Below, in pieces: positions 1-8,931 of a stretch of 64,000 nt of DNA. The stretch spans positions 1-64,000 of the forward strand of contig CAVRCI010000001.1 in the NCBI GenBank assembly GCA_963719495.1, in the 5' to 3' direction. A model generated the notes under the pieces. It saw only the letters and a list, made by a program, of their open reading frames with translations. It was not told where the DNA came from and ran no database searches. Origin of the DNA: an uncultured Verrucomicrobiae bacterium. GTDB taxonomy: Bacteria; Verrucomicrobiota; Verrucomicrobiia; Chthoniobacterales; JAATET01. The translations under genes were made by a program, and so were the position numbers. The number at the start of each line of letters is the position of its first letter. Position 1 is the stretch's first letter.

Positions 1-151
1 TCCATTCGCAAAGCCCTCATTTCGAAGCGGCTCCCATCCCCCGGGAAAGCGTCCCAAGGATCGTGTATTTCACGACCCGCGCGTCCGCGAACCAGGCTCG
101 ACCCGCGACGGGGCGAATGCAATTCACCCGGATCCCATCAACAGAAATGAG

Positions 152-1627
152 CTAATTCGCCCACACGTCCGCGTCGCCGAACCACCGCGACGTCGTGACC
201 TTCTGCTGCGTGTAGAACGCGACCCCCTCGCGACCCTGCATGTGCAGGTCGCCGAAGAACGAATCGTTCCAGCCGCTGAACGGGAAAAACGCCATCGGCG
301 CTGGCACCGCGACGTTCACGCCGACCATTCCGGCGTTGATCCGATTCCGAAAGTGACGCGCCGCCCGCCCGGAATTCGTGAAAATCGCCGCGCCGTTTCC
401 GTAAGCCGACGCGTTCGCCGCCTCGATGGCCGCGTCCAGATCGTCCATCCGCATCACGTTCAGCACCGGACCGAAGATCTCCTCCCGCGCCACCGACATC
501 CCGGCCTCCACCCCGTCGAGAATCGTCGGCCCGACGTAATATCCGTTCGGCGCCCCGTCCACGCGCACACCCCGCCCGTCGGCCAGCACCCGCACTCCTT
601 CTTTCTCACCCTGATCGATCAGCCCAAGCACCCGGTCGCGGTGCGGCCCGGTGATCACCGGACCCATCGCCGCCTCGGCGTCGCGGAAGGCCGCGCCGAC
701 GCGGATCGACTTCGCCGCCGCCACCAGCTCCGGCAGCACCCGGTCGCCCGCCGCTCCGATCACAATCGCCGTCGACCCCGACATGCAGCGCTCGCCCGCG
801 CAGCCGAACGCCGCCTCGGTGAGTCCGCGCACCGATTCGCCGACCGTCGCGTCCGGCATGATGAGGATGAAATTCTTCGCCCCACCCGCGGCCTGCACCC
901 GCTTCCCGTGCCGCGTCCCGACTTCGAAAATGTGCTTCGCCACCGGCGTCGACCCCACGAACGAAATCGCCCGCACGCCCGCATGCACGAGCAGCGCGTC
1001 CACCACGGCCCGCCCCCCCTGCACGACGTTGAACACGCCCTTCGGCAACCCCGCCTCGTCCAGCAGCTCGCCCAGCCGGATCGCCGTGAGCGGCACCTTT
1101 TCGCTCGGCTTGAGAATGAACGCGTTCCCGCACGCCAGCGCCAGAGGGAACATCCACAGCGGCACCATCGCCGGAAAGTTGAAAGGCACGATCCCCACGC
1201 ACACCCCGAGCGGCTGCCGGATCGTGTCGCAATCGATGCCCCGCGCGATGTTCTCCAGCGACTCGCCCATCAACAAAGTCGGCGCGCCGCACGCGTATTC
1301 GACCATCTGGATACCGCGCCGCAGATCGCCGCGCGCTTCCGCCAGCGTTTTCCCGTGCTCCGTCGAAATCGTCAGCGCAATCTCCTCCGCCGCCTCCTCG
1401 AGCAACGCCTTGTATCGAAACAGCACCCCCGCCCGCTCCACCGCAGGCGTATCCCGCCAACCCGGGAAAGCCGCCGCCGCCGCGCCGACCGCCGCATCCA
1501 CCAACTCGCCGCCGGCCAAAGGAACCTGCGCGATCACCTCACCCAGAGCCGGATTGAAAACCTCGGCAACCTCCGTTGCGTCCGAAGTGAGCCACTCGCC
1601 ACCGATAAATGATTTACAAATTTCCAT
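152..1627 (-). CDS. mmsA: CoA-acylating (methyl)malonate-semialdehyde dehydrogenase
   Basis: ALDH fold with PFNFPAMVPLWMFP, LKPSEK, FVGST, GGAKN, AFGCAGERCM, EEIFGP, and the MMSDH-type SFFGDLH; start placed at ATG 1627. Confidence 0.9.
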   Translation of the reverse strand: MEICKSFIGGEWLTSDATEVAEVFNPALGEVIAQVPLAGGELVDAAVGAAAAAFPGWRDTPAVERAGVLFRYKALLEEAAEEIALTISTEHGKTLAEARGDLRRGIQMVEYACGAPTLLMGESLENIARGIDCDTIRQPLGVCVGIVPFNFPAMVPLWMFPLALACGNAFILKPSEKVPLTAIRLGELLDEAGLPKGVFNVVQGGRAVVDALLVHAGVRAISFVGSTPVAKHIFEVGTRHGKRVQAAGGAKNFILIMPDATVGESVRGLTEAAFGCAGERCMSGSTAIVIGAAGDRVLPELVAAAKSIRVGAAFRDAEAAMGPVITGPHRDRVLGLIDQGEKEGVRVLADGRGVRVDGAPNGYYVGPTILDGVEAGMSVAREEIFGPVLNVMRMDDLDAAIEAANASAYGNGAAIFTNSGRAARHFRNRINAGMVGVNVAVPAPMAFFPFSGWNDSFFGDLHMQGREGVAFYTQQKVTTSRWFGDADVWAN

Positions 1628-1695
1628 AGTCAACTCTAACACGGACCAACTCCCAATTAACGCTCAAATGCCGCGCCCCGCGCGTCCCCCTACCC

Positions 1696-1793
1696 TGTCA
1701 TGTTGAGCGAAGCGAAACATCTCTGGCTTACACGAGCTCACAGCGCGCGAATGCAGTGTAAGCCAGAGATCTTTCACTTCGTTCAAGATGACA
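1696..1793. repeat. GTCAT...ATGAC-type REP-like palindromic element
   Basis: tgtcatgttgagcgaagcgaaa...tttcacttcgttcaagatgaca with inner 15-bp perfect arms atctctggcttacac/gtgtaagccagagat; half-elements at ~49311, ~51978, ~62123. Confidence 0.75.
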
Positions 1794-1879
1794 AAAAGGG
1801 AATGGACAAGTCCGCGAGCCAGGCCCGTTCACATTCCCCTCATCCCCTCCAAATGCCCGCGCCTCTGCGTGAGAAAAAA

Positions 1880-2998
1880 TCACCGAGCAAGCGCATCCGA
1901 CTGCTTCACGAAGTCATCCCCCGTCCATTCGCCGTCGGCCTTGATCATTTTCTTCTTTTCCTCGGCCTGCGCGTCCTTCCGCTCACGCTGCATGCGCACG
2001 AGTTCCGTGTGCGTCGTGAAGTAAGGCAGGCTCGCCCCCTTGAAATCCTCGATGGTCTCGAACCCGTGCTTCTCCATGAAGCCCAGCAGCCCGGCGCTCA
2101 AATCCTTCACCATCCCGTAGCCGAATTTCATCACGCCCGTGCAGACCTGCACCGTATCCGACCCGAGCAAAATGAACTGCGCCGCATCCTCGCCGGTCTC
2201 GACTCCGCCGAGCCCGGAAAGCGTCCGTCCGGGAAATTCCTTGTCGATCAACTGCGAGATTTCCATGCACATCCGCAGCGCGATCGGCCGGACCGCCTTC
2301 GACGAATACCCGCCCGGCGTCGAGTAACCCTCCACGCTCGGCTCGGGCCGCAAGGTGTCGAGATTCACCCCGACCACGCTCCGGATCGTGTTGATCGCGC
2401 TCACGCCGTGGCAACCCGCCGCCAGCGCCGCCCGCGTCGGCTCCTCGATGTGCGTGATGTTCGGTGTCATCTTCGCCCACACGGGCTTCGTCGCCACCTC
2501 CATCACCCACTCGCAGACCTGACCCAGAATCTCCGGATCCTGACCCATCGCGCCGCCCATTTTCCGCTCCGGCATGCCGTGCGGACACGAGAAATTCAGC
2601 TCGAACGCGTCCACGCCCGCTTCCTCGCAGCGCGGGATCATTTCCTTCCAATTGGTCTCGTTGAATTCCTCCATCACGGAAGCGATGAGAACGCCCTCGG
2701 GGTGCTCGGACTTGCACGCACGAAATTCCTCCATCCACTTGTCGAACGGCCGGTCGCTGATGAGCTCGATGTTTTCCCAGCCGATCACCTCGCCGTCGTT
2801 GGATTTGAGCTTTCCGTAGCGCGGCGTCACGTTGATCACCTTCGTCGAATCCAGGCTCACCGTCTTCGCGATCACCCCACCCCAGCCTTCGCGGAACGCC
2901 CGGTTGATCACGTTGAGATTCGTCCCCGGAGGGCCCGAGCCGATCACGAAAGGGTTCAACATCTTCAATCCATCAACGGTCGTCTCGAGTGTCGGCAT
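1880..2998 (-). CDS. preA: Dihydropyrimidine dehydrogenase subunit PreA (PYD1-like, no C-terminal ferredoxin domain)
   Basis: NPFVIGSGPPGTN, GWENIELISDR, ELNFSCPHGMPERKMG, KMTPN, SAINT, VQVCT motifs. Confidence 0.9.
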   Translation of the reverse strand: MPTLETTVDGLKMLNPFVIGSGPPGTNLNVINRAFREGWGGVIAKTVSLDSTKVINVTPRYGKLKSNDGEVIGWENIELISDRPFDKWMEEFRACKSEHPEGVLIASVMEEFNETNWKEMIPRCEEAGVDAFELNFSCPHGMPERKMGGAMGQDPEILGQVCEWVMEVATKPVWAKMTPNITHIEEPTRAALAAGCHGVSAINTIRSVVGVNLDTLRPEPSVEGYSTPGGYSSKAVRPIALRMCMEISQLIDKEFPGRTLSGLGGVETGEDAAQFILLGSDTVQVCTGVMKFGYGMVKDLSAGLLGFMEKHGFETIEDFKGASLPYFTTHTELVRMQRERKDAQAEEKKKMIKADGEWTGDDFVKQSDALAR

Positions 2999-3067
2999 AA
3001 TTTTTTACAAGCAGGGAGGTGTGAGGCCGCCTACTGAAGCAATTTCAGCGCCAATTACGAAACTCGT

Positions 3068-3330
3068 TCAGCGGCGAGTCTGCCCCGCGAGCCATTCGGC
3101 CCCCAGCCACTCCTGCGCCAGCCGGTGCCCGTCCTCGAACAGCGCGACCGCGCGCGGAGCCAGTTCCGGCCCCAACCAATCGGTGGCGTCGCCGCCACCG
3201 CGTCCGCCGACGACGGGCCCCGGCTGGCCGATTTCGAACAAGGCCTCGTAAGCCCACCCGAGCGGTCGAATCGCCGGCCAACCCAGAGCCACCGCGCGCC
3301 CGCTCGCGACCCGCGGAATCCGCAAACCCT
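3068..3330 (-). pseudogene. Probable C-terminal fragment of a Wadjet JetD-like (toprim nuclease) gene, fused in frame to the jetC remnant
   Basis: Coiled-coil sequence switches abruptly after DLDPE to ...IRPLGWAYEALF...GHRLAQEWLG, resembling the RLEQE-type JetD C-terminus; last position in the relic operon. Confidence 0.45.
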
Positions 3331-5745
3331 CCGGGTCGAGATCGCCAAAGTATTCGTGGTGCGCGCTCTCGACCAGCGCCCGGCGGGCGTTGTCGCGCGC
3401 GCTCCGCGCCGTCCCGCACCGCAGCTCCGCCTGCCCCGCCAACTCCGCCGCCCGCACGATCCGCGCCGTCCAACCCGCTTCCGCCGATTGAATTTCCAAC
3501 GCCACCGCGTCGATCCGCTCCATCGTCACCGCGACCGGCAGCTCCCCGCGCAACCGCACGAGTTCGCCGTCGAGTTCCGCCCACTTCTCCCCAGCCGCGG
3601 CCGCGTCGTCGGCGAGTTTTTTCTCCCGGGGCATGAAGTGATCGATCCCCCGCTTGAGCGCACCCTGCCGTTGGTGCAGTCCGCGCTGCTCATTCTCAAG
3701 CGCAAGCAATCTCGCCAGCCGCTCCTCCCGCTCCGGCGTGGCGAGCAGTTGCATCGTCTCGCCCGCCGTCCGCCACTCGGCCTGGAGCTTGGGCAGCGCC
3801 TCGATCTCACTCGTGGCCCCACCCGCCGCCCGCGCCGACAGCCCGCTCTTTTTCCCCGAATCGAGCCACGAGTCGAAGTCACTCGTCAGCAGGTCCAGTC
3901 GCTCGTATTCGCGGCGCACCTCCACCTGCCCGGCTTCCCGCTCCGCCCGCAGCCGCTCCCGTCCGCGCACGCCCAGAGTGAGCGGCACCTGCGCCGCCGA
4001 CATCAACCGCTGCCGCAGCGGAGTCTGCTTGAAGATTCCCTCCGGCGTGATCGCCCGGCCCGCCGACGTCGTGTCCAGTTCCTCCACGGTCTCAACGCAG
4101 ATCACCTCGCCGAGCAACTGCGCGACGTAACGCGCCGCCACCGGAGCCTCCACCTCGACCTTTTCCGCCAACGATCCCGCCCGCACCACCGCGTCGCTCC
4201 GCTCGGCCTCCCACGGATTGAGCAGCGACTCCGGCTCCCGACCCGGTGCCGTCCGCCGCACGATCTCCAACGCCGCTTGATACCGATCCCGTTCCACCAC
4301 CATCACAAATCGCCGCACGCCGAGATAAAGCTCCAGCGCCGGCCACCACCGGTCCGCCTCGGGCCGCACCTCGATCAACCGCCCGAGCTGGCGCAACCCG
4401 TCGCCCAGCGTCTCCCGCACCGCCCGGAAAACCGGGCAAACGCCCAGTTCCTAGTTGCGCCCCAGCCGTTCCAGATCCTCCGCCAGTTGTTGCAACCGCC
4501 CGAGCCGCTCGTCGCGGTTACGCCGGACCGTCTTCATCACGTCCGCGGCGTCTCCCCAGATCCCGGCGAACTTTTCCGCGAGGTCATCGAGCGCCGCCCG
4601 TCCCACCGCGTCGTCGGGATCGACCAACCGCTCGATCAGGGCCGGATCGATCCGCAAAATTTCCGCCAGCGGCCCGCAAGCCGCGTCGCGTCGGACGAGA
4701 TCGTCCCCCCGCTTCAGCCACGTCATCCACCGCAACCGCGCCGCGCCCAATTGCTCCCGCAACGACCGCCGCGCCTCCTCCAGCCGCTCGATCCGCTCCG
4801 CCAGATCCGCCCGCTCCCGCTTGAGCTTGTCGAGTTCCACCGCCTTTGGGTCGCCCTGCACCTCCAGCCGCGTCGCCGCGATCACCCGGCCCAGCTCGTC
4901 GAGCCGCCCGTCGATCTCCGCCAGCGCCGCCCGGTCCGACTCCTGCCCCTGCCGCAACGAATCCAATTCCGCCTGCGCCCGCGTCCGCTGCTCGCCCGCC
5001 TGGTCCCGCATCAGTCGTCGCTCGACGTGCCGGAAGGTCACCATTTCCTCCCGCGCGACTTCCAGTTCGCCGTGCCGACCGCACACTTCGCGCAGCCGCT
5101 CGGCCTCGTCCTCCTGACTCCGCAGCATCGCCTGCGTCTCCCGATAAGCCCCCACCGCCGCCCGCACGTCGCGCACGTCCAGCGGACTCTCCTCCAATAC
5201 GAAATCGCGCAGAAATTTCTCCACGTTTTCCTCCGGCTCGAACGCGATCGCCCGCGGCAACGTCCGCCGGAACCTGAAGCTCGCAATGGAATGATAGCGG
5301 ACGAACTATCTCGAACGCGATCGCCCGCGGCAACGTCCGCCGGAACGCCGCCGCCTCGAAATACAAGTGATTCGGCGAAGCCATCTCCTCGAGGTAATCG
5401 ACCTGACGCGAAAAAATCGCCTCCCGCCCGTATTCCCGCCGCACCCAGGTCCGAAAAGCCTCCTCGTCCAAGAACACCCCGCCCGGCGCGATCTCGTCCC
5501 ACTCGATCCGCGCTGGCAGACCGAACCAGGTCGTCTCCGCCTTCGCCGTCGGGCTACTGAATTGGATCCGCATCCCCCACGTCTCCCGCCGCGGTTCCTC
5601 ACCCGCCCGCCGCTCCGCCGCGCCCTGCGGCCAGGTGAATTCCAGTCCGATCACCGTCACCCCGCTCGACCGCGTGTAGTGCGGCTCGCCGTTGCGCAGC
5701 GTGTTCGTGTCGCACAGGCAGTAACTCGCCAGCGACCGGCTCCGC
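3331..5745 (-). pseudogene. Wadjet JetC / MksB SMC-like ATPase remnant
   Basis: RSLASYCL...GLEFTW...TWGMRI head segment without Walker A, long coiled coil, hinge-like LIEV...WWPALELYLG...AITPEG; frameshifting insertion at 5237-5346, in-frame TAG at 4451-4453, no Walker B C-terminus. Confidence 0.7.
5237..5346. repeat. Perfect 37-bp direct repeat flanking a 36-bp unrelated insert
   Basis: ctcgaacgcgatcgcccgcggcaacgtccgccggaac at 5237-5273 and 5310-5346; insert ctgaagctcgcaatggaatgatagcggacgaactat at 5274-5309. Confidence 0.95.
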
Positions 5746-5813
5746 ACCTCGCCCAGCGCCGCCCGGTCCGCCTCCGGCACGTGATCCCAAAATGACGGCC
5801 ACGGCAGACTCAT
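5746..5813 (-). pseudogene. N-terminal stub of a probable JetB-like gene
   Basis: ATG overlaps the upstream TGA (ATGA coupling); MSLPWPSFWDHVPEADRAALGEV then jumps into the SMC head sequence. Confidence 0.45.
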
Positions 5814-6055
5814 GGCATCCGCTCGATGATCACCCGCTCCACGTCGTTCCCCGCCACCCGGTCCGTCGGATCGTTCTTCCCCAGCTCCCGCAGCAACCGC
5901 ACCGTCCACCGCAGCGCCGGCGTAATGAAAACCTGATAACCCCCCAGCGCCACCACCCGCTGATGCAGCCACTGCGCCTCAAGCAGCCGGTTGAAAAACT
6001 GCGAAGCCCGCAAACGCACGTCGCTGAAACCCGCCCCCTCGTCCGCGTCGAGCAC
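5810..6055 (-). pseudogene. Collapsed JetA-like fragment
   Basis: ASQFFNRLLEAQWL...FITPALRWTVRLLREL joined to a C-terminal DRVAGNDVERVIIERMP*; first position in the relic operon. Confidence 0.45.
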
Positions 6056-6163
6056 CAGCTCGGACCTGCCCGCTCACCAAAAACCCGTCCAGCCGCGACT
6101 CGAAACCCGGCGAAAACGTCGCCTTGTCAGTCCCGAAAATCCGTGCCACCGTGCTGCACGAAC

Positions 6164-6400
6164 ATGAACGTGACTCTGAAACTGCCCGACAACCTCTGCC
6201 GTGAGGCGAAACACCGCGCCATCGACGAGTCGAAGTCCTTCTCGCAGTGGACCGCGGACCTCATCCGACTCGAACTCGTCCGCTCCCAACCCGACCGCCG
6301 AACGCTCCTCGAGCGCCTGGGCGATCCCGCGAGCGCTGACCGGGACTTCGAACTCCCCGACCGGAAGGCCGATCGAGAGCGCCCAATCGAGTTTCGGTGA
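6164..6400 (+). CDS. vapB: VapB-type ribbon-helix-helix antitoxin
   Basis: MNVTLKLPDNLCREAKHRA RHH pattern, 78 aa, GTGA overlap with the PIN toxin gene. Confidence 0.8.
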   Translation: MNVTLKLPDNLCREAKHRAIDESKSFSQWTADLIRLELVRSQPDRRTLLERLGDPASADRDFELPDRKADRERPIEFR

Positions 6401-6822
6401 AGTCGATTCTTCTCGATACCGTCACCCTCTCGGAACTCCGCAAAGTCGAACGCATGGATCCAGCCGTCCGCCGCTGGCAGGAGGGATCGACCGATTTCGA
6501 GACCTGGATCAGCGTCATGACCCCGCTCGAAATCAGGGTCGGCATCCTCCAAGTCCGCCGCCGCGATCGGAACTTTGCGGAAGCTCTCGAGGCCTGGCTG
6601 GAAAACACCGTGCTTCCAGAATTTGGCAATCGCACCCTCGGAGTCGATCTCGCGACCGCGCTCCGTGCCGCCGAGTATCGCGCGGTCCGCGGGCTCTCGC
6701 CCAACGACTCCCTCATCGCCGCCACCGCCCGAGTGCACGGCCTCACCCTCGCCACCCGCAACGTCGCCGACTTTGCCGACACGGGCATCGACCTCGTCAA
6801 TCCGTGGGAGCAGGCGGCCTGA
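6397..6822 (+). CDS. vapC: VapC PIN-domain toxin
   Basis: LLDTVTLSELRK, ISVMTPLEI, DSLIAATARVHGLTLATRNVADF, NPW. Confidence 0.92.
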   Translation: MKSILLDTVTLSELRKVERMDPAVRRWQEGSTDFETWISVMTPLEIRVGILQVRRRDRNFAEALEAWLENTVLPEFGNRTLGVDLATALRAAEYRAVRGLSPNDSLIAATARVHGLTLATRNVADFADTGIDLVNPWEQAA

Positions 6823-6840
6823 CCCGCCACGAGCCACCCG

Positions 6841-8088
6841 CTAAGCCGCCACCTTCGCCATCACCTTCGAAGCGAGCTTGTCCATCGCCACGACCGCCAG
6901 CTCGAGATGTTCCTCCAAGGTGTCCTCGATCTTGTTGTGGCTGATCCCGTGCAGGCTTTGCACGAACATCATCACCGTCGGCACACCCGCCCGCGCGACC
7001 TCCGCCGCGTCGTGCAGCGGCCCGGAGGGTAGCCGGTGCGACGTCCCGCACGTCTCGGAGATCGCCTCGTCGCACAGCTCGACGAGGTCGTCGTCGAACA
7101 GGATCGGGTCGATCCGCCAGAGCCGCTGCCACTCGACCGTCGCCTTCGCCTCCTCGGCGAAACGGTCGCTGGCTTGCTGCGCCTCCGCCAACATCCGGTC
7201 GAGCGCGCCCTTGTCGAGGTGGCGCTGATCCAGCGTGATCCGGCACTCCGCGGCCACGCTGGTCACGATGCCCGGTTTCGTCACGCAGGACCCGATCGTG
7301 CAGACGCCGCCGCCGCTCCGCTCGGCGATGTCGTAAATCTCCGGACTCATCCGAGCCGCCGCCAGCAACGCGTCCTTCCGCCGATTCATCGGCGTGCTGC
7401 CCGAGTGCGCGGCCTGCCCGCCGAAGGTCATCGCGTGCCGCTCGACGCCGAAAGTCCCGAGCACCGCGCCCAGCGGGAGATCGAGATCGAGGAGCACCGG
7501 ACCCTGTTCGATGTGGAGCTCCAGGTAGGCCGCCGCGTTCGCGAGTTCGGCCCCGCACGTTTTCACGTCGTCGAAGATAATCCCGTTCTCCGCGAGCGCG
7601 TCCACGAGCCTTACGCCGTCCCGGTCCACGAGATCCCGCGCCTCCTCCACGTCGAGATTCCCCGAGCAGGCCGACGATCCAAAAAGGCTCTTCCCAAAGC
7701 GCGCCCCCTCCTCGTCCGCCCAATCGACGACCCGCACCGTGACGGGCGGACGACCTTCGTATTCCGCGGCGATCCGCCGCAGCACCTCGACTCCGGCCAC
7801 CGTGTTCAGACACCCGTCGAGCCAGCCGCCGTTCGGCACCGAGTCGATGTGACCGCCGATGAGAATCTCCCGCTCGGACTCGCCCCGCAGAGTCCCCCAA
7901 AGATTCCCCGCCGCGTCGCGGTGCACCTCCACGCCCGGGATCGACTCCAATTTCTGGTGCAACCACTCCCGCGCCACCCGCCAAGTCTCGGAAAACGCGA
8001 CCCTCTGCGCCCCGTCCTCGTCGCCCGTGAGCGTCCGCAATTCCTTCAACTCCGCGACCGCCCGCTTGGGATCCAGCAAATCTTCCAT
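6841..8088 (-). CDS. Zn-dependent M20 amidohydrolase (hydantoinase/carbamoylase family; probable beta-ureidopropionase)
   Basis: GGHIDSVPNGGWLDG, DEEGARFG, ELHIEQGP, AAHSGSTPM, SGPLHDA, GISHN; context with preA and mmsA. Confidence 0.85.
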   Translation of the reverse strand: MEDLLDPKRAVAELKELRTLTGDEDGAQRVAFSETWRVAREWLHQKLESIPGVEVHRDAAGNLWGTLRGESEREILIGGHIDSVPNGGWLDGCLNTVAGVEVLRRIAAEYEGRPPVTVRVVDWADEEGARFGKSLFGSSACSGNLDVEEARDLVDRDGVRLVDALAENGIIFDDVKTCGAELANAAAYLELHIEQGPVLLDLDLPLGAVLGTFGVERHAMTFGGQAAHSGSTPMNRRKDALLAAARMSPEIYDIAERSGGGVCTIGSCVTKPGIVTSVAAECRITLDQRHLDKGALDRMLAEAQQASDRFAEEAKATVEWQRLWRIDPILFDDDLVELCDEAISETCGTSHRLPSGPLHDAAEVARAGVPTVMMFVQSLHGISHNKIEDTLEEHLELAVVAMDKLASKVMAKVAA

Positions 8089-8162
8089 CCGGTCAGGCAA
8101 GCACACTCCACGCCATCCGGTCGACGCTGCAATATCTCGCCGCCACCCGCCCTCGCCGCCGC

Positions 8163-8609
8163 ATGAAGATCCTCGCCGCCACCGCCGTCCTCGGAATCCT
8201 CACCGCGGCGCCCGCCCCGGCCTGGGAACTCCAGAGCGGTCCCGAACGCGTCGGTCTGCTGGAACTCCACACTTCCGAGGGCTGCGGCAGTTGCCCGCCC
8301 GCCGACGCGTGGCTCGGGGAATTTCGCGACAGCTCGGACCTTTGGACGAAAGTCGCCCACGTCGCCTGGCTCCAATCCGGCATCGAAAGCCCCGTCCGCG
8401 CCAGCGAAAACCGCGACCGCACCCTCGCCCACGATTTCGTAGCCATCGCGACGGCGGAGGCGACGCTCACCCGCGACGACTCCGGCAAATGGACCGCCAC
8501 CGTCCCCACCACCGTCCCGCAATCCGCAAGCGCCGTAGCCATCTGGATCAGCGCCCCGGATTCCCAAGCTCCCGTCCAAGCCACCGGCGGCCCAATCCCC
8601 GCGTCCTAA
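8163..8609 (+). pseudogene. DUF1223 thioredoxin-like secreted protein, internally deleted
   Basis: Signal peptide, ELHTSEGCGSCPPAD and ENRDRTLAHDFV are present but the central HVDYWD/YTPQ region is absent; only 148 aa. Confidence 0.6.
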
Positions 8610-8721
8610 AATCCCGGCAAATCGAGCGAAGCGAGAGAGCCGCTCGACCACCCCCTCGGTATTCTTTGCTACCTTCGCTACCTTCTGTTCAAAAACCGAA
8701 TTTGCATTCGAACCGTCACCA

Positions 8722-8909
8722 TTGACTCGCTCGCTCCCGCTCCTCTCGCCCTTCGGGCTGCTTCGCAGAGCCGACGCAGTCTGCCCCGCGGCTTCCTAGC
8801 CGCCGGTGCTCACCATTGACTCGCTCGCTCCCGCTCGTCTCGCCCTTCGGGCTGCGTCGCAGAGCCAACGCAGTCTGCCCCGCGGCTTCCCAGCCGCCGG
8901 TGCTCACCA
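8722..8909. repeat. Two tandem copies (94-bp period) of the structured ttgactcgctcgctcccgc...gcccttcggg repeat
   Basis: Units start at 8722 and 8816; same family at 32020-32177 and 62226-62486. Confidence 0.9.
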
Positions 8910-8931
8910 TTCACCATTCACAAATCACCCG

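Noticed and set aside
4451..4453. Pyrrolysine or read-through recoding of the in-frame TAG
   Set aside because: The gene also has a frameshift and large deletions; a nonsense mutation is simpler.
5237..5346. Canonical functional CRISPR locus
   Set aside because: Only two repeats, the repeat is part of a coding frame, and there is no leader or cas gene; kept only as a possible off-target integration.
3125..5560. Long antisense or alternative-frame ORFs (e.g. 3125-5560+, 23513-25537+, 34135-36039+, 52362-54422+)
   Set aside because: Pro/Arg-rich shadow ORFs expected in high-GC DNA opposite recognisable genes.
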